A stretch of 64,000 nucleotides of DNA from Eledone cirrhosa (lineage: Eukaryota). Made by a program: the position numbers and the translations under genes. The stretch is from positions 744,001 to 808,000 of the forward strand of contig CAXHJY010001477.1 in assembly GCA_964016885.1 (NCBI GenBank). Reading direction: 5' to 3'. Below are positions 22,681 through 37,200 of this stretch, one piece after another (the stretch's first letter is position 1; the number at the start of each line of letters is the position of its first letter). The notes beneath the pieces were generated by a model that saw only the letters and a list, made by a program, of their open reading frames with translations, searched no databases and was not told the DNA's origin.

Positions 22681-25600
22681 CACAGTACATACAGTACAGT
22701 TACATATATACCCTGCTATTGTAGTATAGTGACATACCAAGAGACAGTACAGTACACAGTCACATATATACCCTGCTATTGTAGTGTAGTGACATACCAA
22801 GAGACAGTACAGTACACAGTCACATATATACCCTGCTATTGTAGTGTAGTGACATACCAAGAGACTGTACAGTACAGTACACAGTCACATATATACCCTG
22901 CTATTGTAGTGTAGTGACATACCAAGAGACAATACAGTACAGTACAGTACACAGTGACATATATACCCTGCTATTGTAGTGTAGTGACATACCAAGAGAC
23001 AGTACAGTACAGTCACGTATATACCCTGCTATTGTAATGTAGTGACATACCAAGAGACAGTACAGTACAGTACACAGTCACATATATACCCTGCTATTGT
23101 AGTGTAGTGACATACCAAGAGACAGTACAGTACAGTCACATATATACCCTGCTATTGTAGTGTAGTGACATACCAAGAGACAGTACAGTACAGTACACAG
23201 TCACATATATACCCTGCTATTGTAGTGTAGTGACATACCAAGAGACAGTACAGTACACAGTCACATATATACCCTGCTATTGTAGTGTAGTGACATACCA
23301 AGAGACAGTACAGTACAGTCACATATATACCCTGCTATTGTAGTGTAGTGACATACCAAGAGACAGTACAGTACAGTACACAGTCACATATATACCCTGC
23401 TATTGTAGTGTAGTGACATACCAAGAGACAGTACAGTACAGTACACAGTCACATATATACCCTGCTATTGTAGTGTAGTGACATACCAAGAGATAGTACA
23501 GTACAGTACACAGTCACATATATACCCTGCTATTGTAGTGTAGTGACATACCAAAAGACAGTACAGTACAGTACAGTACACAGTCACATATATACCCTGC
23601 TATTGTAGTGTAGTGACATAGCAATAGACAGTACAGTACAGCTACAGTCACATATATACCCTGCTATTGTAGTGTAGAGACATACCAAGAGACAGTACAG
23701 TACACAGTCACATATATACCCTGCTATTGTAGTCTAGTGACATACCAAGAGACAGTACAGTACAGTACAGTCACATATATACCCTGCTATTGTAGTGTAG
23801 TGACATACCAAGAGACAGTACAGTACACAGTCACATATATACCCTGCTATTGTAGTGTAGTGACATACCAAGAGACAGTACAGTACACAGTCACATATAT
23901 ACCCTGCTATTGTAGTGTAGTGACATACCAAGAGACAGTACAGTACACAGTCACATATATACCCTGCTATTGTAGTGTAGTGACATACCAAGTGACAGTA
24001 CAGTACAGTATAGTCACATATATACCCTGCTATTGTAGTGTAGTGACATACCAAGAGACAGTACAGTACAGTACACAGTCACATATATACCCTGCTATTG
24101 TAGTGTAGTGACATACCAAGAGACAGTACAGTACAGTACACAGTCACATATATACCCTGATATTGTTGTGTAGTGACATACCAAGAGACAGTACAGAGTC
24201 ACATATATACCCTGCTATTGTAGTGTAGTGACATACCAAGAGACAGTACAGTACAGTACAGTCACATATATACCCTGCTATTGTAGTGTAGTGACATACC
24301 AAGAGACAGTACACATTCACATATATACCCTGCTATTGTAGTGTAGTGACATACCAAGAGAGAGTACAGTACAGTACAGTACACAGTCACATATATACCC
24401 TGCTATTGTAGTGTAGTGACATACCAAGAGACAGTACAGTACACAGTCACATATATACCCTGCTATTGTAGTGTAGTGACATACCAAGAGACACTACAGT
24501 ACAGTACAGTACACAGTTACATATATACCCTGCTATTGTAGTGTAGTGACATACCAAGAGACAGTAAAGTACAGTACAGTACACAGTCACATATATACCC
24601 TGCGATTGTAGTGTAGTGACATACCAAGAGACAGTACAGTACAGTACACAGTCACATATATACCCTGCTGTTGTAGTGTAGTGACATACCAAGAGACAGT
24701 ACAGTACAGTACACAGTCACATATATACCCTGCTATTGTAGTGACATACCAAGAGACAGTACAGTACAGTACACAGTCACATATATACCCTGCTATTGTA
24801 GTGTAGTGACATACCAAGAGACAGTACAGTACAGTACAGTCACATATATACCCTGCTATTGTAGTGTAGTGACATACCAAGAGACAGTACAGTACAGTAC
24901 ACAGTCACATATATACCCTGCTGTTGTAGTGTAGTGACATACCAAGAGACAGTACAGTACACAGTCACATATATACCCTGCTATTGTAGTGTAGTGACAT
25001 ACCAAGAGAGAGTACAGTACAGTACACAGTCACATATATACCCTGCTATTGTAGTGTAGTGACATACCAAGAGACAGTACAGTACAGTACACAGTCACAT
25101 ATATACCCTGCTATTGTAGTGTAGTGACATACCAAGAGACAGTACAGTACAGTACAGTACACAGTCACATATATACCCTGCTATTGTAGTGTAGTGACAT
25201 ACCAACAGACAGTACAGTACAGTACAGTACACAGTCACATATATACCCTGCTATTGTAGTGTAGTGACATACCAACAGACAGTACAGTACAGTACACAGT
25301 CACATATATACCCTGCTATTGTAGTGTAGTGACATACCAAGAGACAGTACAGTACAGTACACAGTCACATATATACCCTGCTATTGTAGTGTAGTGACAT
25401 ACCAAGAGACAGTACAGTACACAGTCACATAAATACCCTGCTATTGTTGTGTAGTGACATACCAAGAGACAGTACAGTACACAGTCACATATATACCCTG
25501 CTATTGTAGTGTAGTGACATACCAAGAGACAGTACAGTACACAGTCACATATATACCCTGCTATTGTAGTGACATACCAAGAGACACTACAGTACAGTAC

Positions 25601-26309
25601 AGTACACAGTCACATATATACCCTGCTATTGTAGTGTAGTGTTATACCAAGAGACAGTACAGTACACAGTCACATATATACCCTGCTATTGTAGTGTAGT
25701 GACATACCAAGAGACAGTACAGTACACAGTCACATATATACGCTGCTATTGTAGTGTAGTGACATACCAAGAGACAGTACAGTACAGTACAGTACAGTCA
25801 CATATATACCCTGCTATTGTAGTGTAGTGACATACCAAGAGACAGTACAGTACAGTACAGTCACATATATACCCTGCTATTGTAGTGTTGTGACATACCA
25901 AGAGACAGTACAGTACACAGTCACATATATACCCTGCTATTGTAGTGTAGTGACATACCAAGAGACAGTACAGTACAGTACACAGTCACATATATACCCT
26001 GCTATTGTAGTGTAGTGACATACCAAGAGACAGTACAGTACAGTACAGTCACATATATACCCTGCTATTGTAGTGTAGTGACATACCAAGAGACAGTACA
26101 GTACAGTACAAAGTCACATATATACCCTGCTGTTGTGACATACCAAGAGACAGTACAGTACACAGTCACATATATACCCTGCTATTGTAGTGTAGTGACA
26201 TACCAAGAGACAGTACAGTACAGTACAAAGTCACATATATACCCTGCTGTTGTGACATACCAAGAGACAATACAGTACACAGTCACATATATACCCTGCT
26301 ATTGTAGTG

Positions 26310-29300
26310 TAGTGACATACCAAGAGACAGTACAGCACAGTACAGTACACAGTCACATATATACCCTGCTATTGTAGTGTAGTGACATACCAAGAGACAG
26401 TACAGTACAGTACAAAGTCACATATATACCCTGCTATTGTGACATACCAAGAGACAGTACAGTACACAGTCACATATATACCCTGCTATTGTAGTGTAGT
26501 GACATACCAAGAGACAGTACAGTACAGTACAGTCACATATATACCCTGCTATTGTACTGTAGAGACATACCAAGAGACAGTACAGTACAGTACACAGTCA
26601 CATATATACCCTGCTATTGTAGTGTAGTGACATACCAAGATATAGTACAGTACAGTACACAGTCACATATATACCCTGCTATTGTAGTGTAGTGACATAC
26701 CAAGAGACAGTACAGTACAGTACAGTCACATATATACCCTGCTATTGTAGTGTAGTGACATACCAAGAGACAGTACAGTACAGTACACAGTCACATATAT
26801 ACCCTGCTATTGTAGTGTAGTGACATACCAAGAGACAGTACAGTAGAGTACACAGTCACATATATACTCTGCTATTGTAGTGTAGTGACATACCAAGAGA
26901 CAGTACAGTACAGTCACATATATACCCTGCTATTGTAGTGTAGTGACATACCAAGAGACAGTACAGTACAGTACACAGTCACATATATACCCTGCTATTG
27001 TAGTGTAGTGACATACCAAGAGACTGTACAGTACAGTACAGTCACATATATACCCTGCTATTGTAGTGTAGTGACATACCAAGAGACAGTACAGTACAGT
27101 ACAGTACACAGTCACATATATACCCTGCTATTGTAGTGTAGTGACATACCAAGAGACAGTACAGTACAGTACACAGTCACATATATACCCTGCTATTGTA
27201 GTGTAGTGACATACCAAGAGACAGTACAGTACAGTCACATATATACCCTGCTATTGTAGTGTAGTGACATACCAAGAGACAGTACAGTACAGTACAGTAC
27301 ACAGTCACATATATACCCTGCTATTGTAGTGTAGTGACATACCAAGAGAGAGTACAGTACACAGTCACATATATACCCTGCTATTGTAGTGTAGTAACAT
27401 ACCAAGAGACAGTACAGTACACAGTCACATATATACCCTGTTATTGTAGTGTAGTGACATACAAAGAGACAGTACAGTCAGATATATACCCTGCTATTGT
27501 AATGTAGTGACATACCAAGAAACAGTACAGTACAGTACACAGTCACATATATACCCTGCTATTGTAGTGTAGTGACATATCAAGAGACAGTACAGTACAC
27601 AGTCACATATATACCCTGCTATTGTAGTGTAGGGACATACCAAGAGACAGTACAGTACAGTACACAGTCACATATATACCCCGCTATTGTAGTGTAGTGA
27701 CATACCAAGAGACAGTACAGTACAGTACAGAGTCACATATATACCCTGCTATTGTAGTGTAGTGACATAACAAGAGACAGTACAGTACACAGTCACATAT
27801 ATACCCTGCTATTGTAATGTAGTGACATACCAAGAGACAGTACAGTACAGTACACAGTCAAATATATACCCTGCTATTGTAGTGTAGTGACATACCAAGA
27901 GACAGTACAGTACAGTACACAGTCACATATATACCCTGCTATTGTAGTGTAGTGACATACCAAGAAACAGTACAGTACAGTACACAGTCACATATATACC
28001 CTGCTATTGTAGTGTAGTGACATACCAAGAGACGGTACAGTACACAGTCACATATATACCCTGCTATTGTAATGTAGTGACATACCAAGAGACAGTACAG
28101 TACAGTACTGTACACAGTCACATATATACCTTGCTATTGTAGTGTAGTGACATGCCAAGAGACAGTACAGTACAGTCACATATATACCCTGCTATTGTAG
28201 TGTAGTGACATACCAAGAGACAGTACAGTACACAGTCACATATATACCCTGCTATTGTAATGTAGTGACATACCAAGAGACAGTACAGTACAGTACAGTA
28301 CAGTCACATATATACCCTGCTATTGTAGTGTAGTGACATACCAAGAGACAGTACAGTACACAGTCACATATATACCCTGCTATTGTAAAGTAGTGACATA
28401 CCAAGATACAGTACAGTACAGTACACAGTCACATATATACCCTGCTATTGTAGTGGAGTCACATACCAAGAGACAGTACAGTACACAGTCACATATATAC
28501 CCTGCTATTGTAATGTAGTGACATACCAAGAGACAGTACAGTACACAGTCACATATATACCCTGCTATTGTAGTGTAGTGACATACCAAGAGACAGTACA
28601 GTACACAGTCACATATATACCCTGCTATTGTAGTGTAGTGACATACCAAGAGACAGTACAGTACACAGTCACATATATACCCTGCTATTGTAGTGTAGTG
28701 ACATACCAAGAGACAGTACAGTACAGTACACAGTCACATATATACCCTGCTATTGTAGTATAGTGACATACCCAGAGACAGTACAGTACAGTACACAGTC
28801 ACATATATACCCTGCTATTGTAGTGTAGTGACATACCAAGAGACAGTACAGTAGAGTACACAGTCACATATATACTCTGCTATTGTAGTGTAGTGACATA
28901 CCAAGAGACAGTACAGTACAGTCACATATATACCCTGCTATTGTAGTGTAGTGACATACCAAGAGACAGTACAGCACAGTACAGTACACAGTCACATATA
29001 TACCCTGCTATTGTAGTGTAGTGACATACCAAGAGACAGTACAGTACAGTACAAAGTCACATATATACCCTGCTGTTGTGACATACCAAGAGACAGTACA
29101 GTACACAGTCACATATATACCCTGCTATTGTAGTGTAGTGACATACCAAGAGACAGTACAGTACAGTACAGTCACATATATACCCTGCTATTGTACTGTA
29201 GAGACATACCAAGAGACAGTACAGTACAGTACACAGTCACATATATACCCTGCTATTGTAGTGTAGTGACATACCAAGATATAGTACAGTACAGTACACA

Positions 29301-31450
29301 GTCACATATATACCCTGCTATTGTAGTGTAGTGACATACCAAGAGACAGTACAGTACAGTACAGTCACATATATACCCTGCTATTGTAGTGTAGTGACAT
29401 ACCAAGAGACAGTACAGTACAGTACACAGTCACATATATACCCTGCTATTGTAGTGTAGTGACATACCAAGAGACAGTACAGTAGAGTACACAGTCACAT
29501 ATATACTCTGCTATTGTAGTGTAGTGACATACCAAGAGACAGTACAGTACAGTACAGTCACATATATACCCTGCTATTGTAGTGTAGTGACATACCAAGA
29601 GACAGTACAGTACAGTACACAGTCACATATATACCCTGCTATTGTAGTGTAGTGACATACCAAGAGACTGTACAGTACAGTACAGTCACATATATACCCT
29701 GCTATTGTAGTGTAGTGACATACCAAGAGACAGTACAGTACAGTACAGTACACAGTCACATATATACCCTGCTATTGTAGTGTAGTGACATACCAAGAGA
29801 CAGTACAGTACAGTACACAGTCACATATATACCCTGCTATTGTAGTGTAGTGACATACCAAGAGACAGTACAGTACAGTCACATATATACCCTGCTATTG
29901 TAGTGTAGTGACATACCAAGAGACAGTACAGTACAGTACAGTACACAGTCACATATATACCCTGCTATTGTAGTGTAGTGACATACCAAGAGAGAGTACA
30001 GTACACAGTCACATATATACCCTGCTATTGTAGTGTAGTAACATACCAAGAGACAGTACAGTACACAGTCACATATATACCCTGTTATTGTAGTGTAGTG
30101 ACATACAAAGAGACAGTACAGTCAGATATATACCCTGCTATTGTAATGTAGTGACATACCAAGAAACAGTACAGTACAGTACACAGTCACATATATACCC
30201 TGCTATTGTAGTGTAGTGACATATCAAGAGACAGTACAGTACACAGTCACATATATACCCTGCTATTGTAGTGTAGGGACATACCAAGAGACAGTACAGT
30301 ACAGTACACAGTCACATATATACCCCGCTATTGTAGTGTAGTGACATACCAAGAGACAGTACAGTACAGTACAGAGTCACATATATACCCTGCTATTGTA
30401 GTGTAGTGACATAACAAGAGACAGTACAGTACACAGTCACATATATACCCTGCTATTGTAATGTAGTGACATACCAAGAGACAGTACAGTACAGTACACA
30501 GTCAAATATATACCCTGCTATTGTAGTGTAGTGACATACCAAGAGACAGTACAGTACAGTACACAGTCACATATATACCCTGCTATTGTAGTGTAGTGAC
30601 ATACCAAGAAACAGTACAGTACAGTACACAGTCACATATATACCCTGCTATTGTAGTGTAGTGACATACCAAGAGACGGTACAGTACACAGTCACATATA
30701 TACCCTGCTATTGTAATGTAGTGACATACCAAGAGACAGTACAGTACAGTACTGTACACAGTCACATATATACCCTGCTATTGTAGTGTAGTGACATGCC
30801 AAGAGACAGTACAGTACAGTCACATATATACCCTGCTATTGTAGTGTAGTGACATACCAAGAGACAGTACAGTACACAGTCACATATATACCCTGCTATT
30901 GTAATGTAGTGACATACCAAGAGACAGTACAGTACAGTACAGTACAGTCACATATATACCCTGCTATTGTAGTGTAGTGACATACCAAGAGACAGTACAG
31001 TACACAGTCACATATATACCCTGCTATTGTAAAGTAGTGACATACCAAGATACAGTACAGTACAGTACACAGTCACATATATACCCTGCTATTGTAGTGG
31101 AGTCACATACCAAGAGACAGTACAGTACACAGTCACATATATACCCTGCTATTGTAATGTAGTGACATACCAAGAGACAGTACAGTACACAGTCACATAT
31201 ATACCCTGCTATTGTAGTGTAGTGACATACCAAGAGACAGTACAGTACACAGTCACATATATACCCTGCTATTGTAGTGTAGTGACATACCAAGAGACAG
31301 TACAGTACAGAGTCACATATATACCCTGCTATTGTAGTGTAGTGACATACCAAGAGACAGTACAGTACAGTACACAGTCACATATATACCCTGCTATTGT
31401 AGTATAGTGACATACCCAGAGACAGTACAGTACAGTACACAGTCACATAT
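26310..31450 (+). repeat. Tandem higher-order duplication within Sat-C, period ~2.64 kb
   Basis: CAGCACAG 26333/28972 and CCCAGAGA 28771/31415. Identical ORF-track entries are offset by 2644 (26930/29574, 27939/30583, 28333/30977). Confidence 0.88.
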
Positions 31451-34249
31451 ATACCCTGCTATTGTAGTGTAGTGACATACCAAGAGACAGTACAGTACAG
31501 TACACAGTCACATATATACCCTGCTATTGTAGTGTAGTGACATACCAAGAGACAGTACAGTACAGTACACAGTCACATATATCCTCTGCTATTGTAATGT
31601 AGTGACATACCAAGAGACAGTACAGTACAGTACAGTACACAGTCACATATATACCCTGCTATTGTAGTGTAGTGACATACCAAGAGACAGTACAGTATAG
31701 TACACAGTCACATATATACCCTGCTATTGTAGTGTAGTGACATACCAAGAGACAGTACAGTACACTACAGTCACATATATACCCTGCTATTGTAGTGTAG
31801 TGACATACCAAGAGACAGTACAGTACACAGTCACATATATACCCTGCTATTGTAGTGTAGTGACATACCAAGAGACAGTACAGTACAGTCACATATATAC
31901 CCTGCTATTGTAGTGTAGTGACATACCAAGAGACAGTAGAGTAGACAGTGACATATATCCCCTGCTATTGTAGTGTAGTGACATACCAAGAGACAGTACA
32001 GTACAGTACAGTCACATATATACCCTGCTATTGTAGTGTAGTGACATACCAAGAGACAGTACAGTACACAGTCACATATATACCCTGCTATTGTAGTGTA
32101 GTGACATACCAAGAGACAGTACAGTACAGTACAGTCACATATATACCCTGCTATTGTAGTGTAGTGACATACCAAGAGACAGTACAGTACACAGTCACAT
32201 ATATACCCTGCTATTGTAGTGTAGTGACATACCAGGAGACAGTACAGTACACTACACAGTCACATATATACCCTGCTATTGTAGTGTAGTGACATACCAA
32301 GAGACAGTACAGTACACAGTCACATATATACCCTGCTATTGTAGTGTAGTTACATACCAAGAGACAGTACAGTACAGTCACATATATACCCTGCTATTGT
32401 AGTGAAGTGACATACCAAGAGACAGTACAGTACACAGTCACATATATACCCTGCTATTGTAGTGTAGTGACATACCAAGAGACAGTACAGTACAGTACAG
32501 TCACATATATACCCTGCTATTGTAGTGTAGTGACATACCAAGAGACAGTACAGTACACAGTCACATATATACCCTGCTATTGTAGTGTAGTGACATACCA
32601 AGAGACAGTACAGTACAGTCACATATATACCCTGCTATTGTAGTGTAGTGACATACCAAGAGACAGTACAGTACACTACACAGTCACATATATACCCTGC
32701 TATTGTTGTGTAGTGACATACCAAGAGACAGTACAGTACAGTACAGTCACATATATATCCTGCTATTGTAGTGTAGTGACATACCAAGAGACAGTACAGT
32801 ACGCAGTCACATATATACCCTGCTATTGTAGTGTAGTGACATACCAAGAGACAGTACAGTACAGTACAGTCACATATATACCCTGCTATTGTAGTGTAGT
32901 GACATACCAAGAGACAGTACAGTACAGTACAGTACACAGTCACATATATACCCTGCTATTGTAGTGTAGTGACATACTAAGAGACAGTACAGTACAGTAC
33001 ACAGTCACATATATACCCTGCTATTGTAGTGTAGTGACATACGAAGAGACAGTACAGTACAGTACACAGTCACATATATACCATGCTATTGTAGTGTAGT
33101 GACATACGAAGAGACAGTACAGTACAGTACACAGTCACATATATAACCTGTTATTGTAGTGTAGTGACATACCAAGAGACAGTACAGTACAGTACAGTCA
33201 CATATATACCCTGCTATTGTAGTGTAGTGACATACCAAGAGACAGTACAGTACAGTACAGTCACATATATACCCTGCTATTGTAGTGTAGTGACATACCA
33301 AGAGACAGTACAGTACACAGTCACATATATACCCTGCTATTGTAGTGTAGTGACATACCAAGAGACAGTACAGTACAGTACACAGTCACATATATAGCCT
33401 GCTATTGTAGTGTAGTGACATACCAAGAGACAGTACAGTACAGTCACATATATACCCTGCTATTGTAGTGTAGTGACATACTGAGAGACAGTACAGTACA
33501 GTACACAGTCACATATATACCCTGCTATTGTAGTGTAGTGACATACGAAGAGACAGTACAGTACAGTACACAGTCACATATATACCCTGCTATTGTAGTG
33601 TAGTGACATACCAAGAGACAGTACAGTACAGTACACAGTCACATATATAGCCTGCTATTGTAGTGTAGTGACATACCAAGAGACAGTACAGTACAGTACA
33701 GTCACATATATACCCTGCTATTGTAGTGTAGTGACATACCAAGAGACAGTGCAGTACAGTACAGTACAGTACAGTACACAGTCACATATATACCCTGCTA
33801 TTGTAGTGTAGTGACATACCAAGAGACAGTACAGTACAGTACACAGTCACATATATACCCTGCTATTGTAGTGTAGTGACATAACAAGAGACAGTACAGT
33901 ACAGTACACAGTCACATATATACCCTGCTATTGTAGTGTAGTGACATACCAAGAGACAGTAGAGTACACAGTCACATATATACCCTGCTATTGTAAAGTA
34001 GTGACATACCAAGAGACAGTACAGTACAGTACAGTACACAGTCACATATAAACCCTGCTATTGTAGTGTAGTGACATACCAAGAGACAGTACAGTACACA
34101 GTCACATATATACCCTGCTATTGTAATGTAGTGACATACCAAGAGACAGTACAGTACAGTACACAGTCACATATATACCCTGCTATTGTAGTGTAGTGAC
34201 ATACCAAGAGACAGTACAGTACACTACACAGTCACATATATACCCTGCT

Positions 34250-37200
34250 ATTGTAGTGTAGTGACATACCAAGAGACAGTACAGTACAGTAACATATATA
34301 CCCTGCTATTGTAGTGTAGTGACATACCAAGAGACAGTACAGTACACAGTCACATATATACCCTGCTATTGTAGTGTGGTGACATACCAAGAGACAGTAC
34401 AGTACACAGTCACATATATACCCTGCTATTGTAGTGTAGTGACATACCAAGAGACAGTACAGTACAGTACAGTCACATATATACCCTGCTTTTGTAGTGT
34501 AGTGACATACCAAGAGACAGTACAGTACACTACACAGTCACATATATACCCTGCTATTGTAGTGTAGTGACATACGAAGAGACAGTACAGTACAGTACAC
34601 AGTCACATATATACCCTGCTATTGTAGTGTAGTGACATACCAAGAGACAGTACAGTACACTACACAGTCACATATATACCCTACTATTGTAGTGTAGTGA
34701 CATACCAAGAGACAGTACAGTACAGTACAGTCACATATATACCCTGCTATTGTAGTGTAGTGACATACCAAGAGACAGTACAGTACACAGTCACATATAT
34801 ACCCTGCTATTGTAGTGTAGTGACATACCAAGAGACAGTACAGTACAGTACAGTACACAGTCACATATATACCCTGCTATTGTAGTGTAGTGACATACTG
34901 AGAGACAGTACAGTACAGTACACAGTCACATATATACCCTGCTATTGTAGTGTAGTGACATACTGAGAGACAGTACAGTACAGTACACAGTCACATATAT
35001 ACCCTGCTATTGTAGTGTAGTGACATACGAAGAGACAGTACAGTACAGTACACAGTCACATATATACCCTGCTATTGTAGTGTAGTGACATACCAAGAGA
35101 CAGTACAGTACAGTAGACAGTCACATATATAGCCTGCTATTGTAGTGTAGTGACATACCAAGAGACAGTACAGTACACTACACAGTCACATATATACCCT
35201 GCTATTGTAGTGTAGTGACATACCAAGAGACAGTACAGTACAGTACAGTCACATATATACCCTGCTATTGTAGTGTAGTGACATACCAAGAGACAGTACA
35301 GTACACGGTCACATATATACCCTGCTTTTGTTATGTAGTGACATACCAAGAGACAGTACAGTACAGTACAGTCACATATATACCCTGCTATTGTAGTGTA
35401 GTGACATACCAAGAGACAGTACAGTACAGTACAGTACACAGTCACATATATACCCTGCTATTGTAGTGTAGTGACATACCAAGAGACAGTACAGTACAGT
35501 ACACAGTCACATATATACCCTGCTATTGTAGTGTAGTGACATAACAAGAGACAGTACAGTACAGTACACAGTCACATATATACCATGCTATTGTAGTGTA
35601 GTGACATACCAAGAGACAGTACAGTACACAGTCACATATATACCCTGCTATTGTAAAGTAGTGACATACCAAGAGACAGTACAGTACAGTACAGTACACA
35701 GTCACATATAAACCCTGCTATTGTAGTGTAGTGACATACCAAGAGACAGTACAGTACACAGTCACATATATACCCTGCTATTGTAATGTAGTGACATACC
35801 AAGAGACAGTACAGTACAGTACACAGTCACATATATACCCTGCTATTGTAGTGTAGTGACATACCAAGAGACAGTACAGTACAATACACAGTCACATATA
35901 TACCCTGCTGTTGTAGCGTAGTGACATACCAAGAGACAGTACAGTACACAGTCACATATATCCTCTGCTATTGTAATGTAGTGACATACCAAGAGACAGT
36001 ACAGTACACAGTCACATATATACCCTGCTATTGTAGTGTAGTGACATACCAAGAGAGAGTACAGTATAGTACAGTCACATATATACCCTGCTATTGTAGT
36101 GTAGTGACATACCAAGAGACAGTACAGTACACAGTTACATATATACCCTGCTATTGTAGTGTAGTGACATACCAAGAGACAGTACAGTACAGTCACATAT
36201 ATACCCTGCTATTGTAGTGTAGTGACATACCAAGAGACAGTACAGTACAGTACAGTACACAGTCACATATATACCCTGCTATTGTAGTGTAGTGACATAC
36301 CAAGAGATAGTACAGTACAGTACGGTACAGTACACAGTCACATATATACCCTGCTATTGTAGTGTAGTGACATACCCAGAGAGAGTACAGTACACAGTCA
36401 CATATATACCCTGCTAGTGTAGTGTAGTGACATACCAAGAGACAGTAGAGTACAGTACACAGTCACATATATACCCTGCTATTGTAGTGTAGTGTCATAC
36501 CAAGAGATAGTACAGTACAGTACAGTACACAGTCACATATATACCCTGCTATTGTAGTGTAGTGACATACCAAGAGACAGTACAGTACAGTACAGTACAG
36601 TACACAGTCACATATATACCCTGCTAGTGTAGTGTAGTGACATACCAAGAGACAGTAGAGTATAGTACACAGTCACATATATACCCTGCTATTGTAGTGT
36701 AGTGACATACCAAGAGACAGTACAGTACAGTACAGTCACATATATACCCTGCTATTGTAGTGTAGTGACATACCAAGAGACAGTACAGTACAGTACACAG
36801 TCCCATATATACCCTGCTATTGTAGTGTAGTGACATACCAAGAGACAGTACAGTACAGTCACATATATACCCTGCTATTGTAGTGTAGTGACATACCAAG
36901 AGACAGTACAGTACAGTACACAGTCACATATATACCCTGCTATTGTAGTGTAGTGACATACCAAGAGACAGTACAGTACAGTACACAGTCACATATATAC
37001 CCTGCTATTGTAGTGTAGTGACATACCAAGTGATAGTACAGTACAGTACAGTACACAGTCACATATATACCCTGCTATTGTAGTGTAGTGACATACCAAG
37101 AGACAGTACAGTACAGTACAGTCACATATATACCCTGCTATTTTAGTGTAGTGACATACCAGGAGACATTACAGTACACAGTCACATATATACCCTGCTA

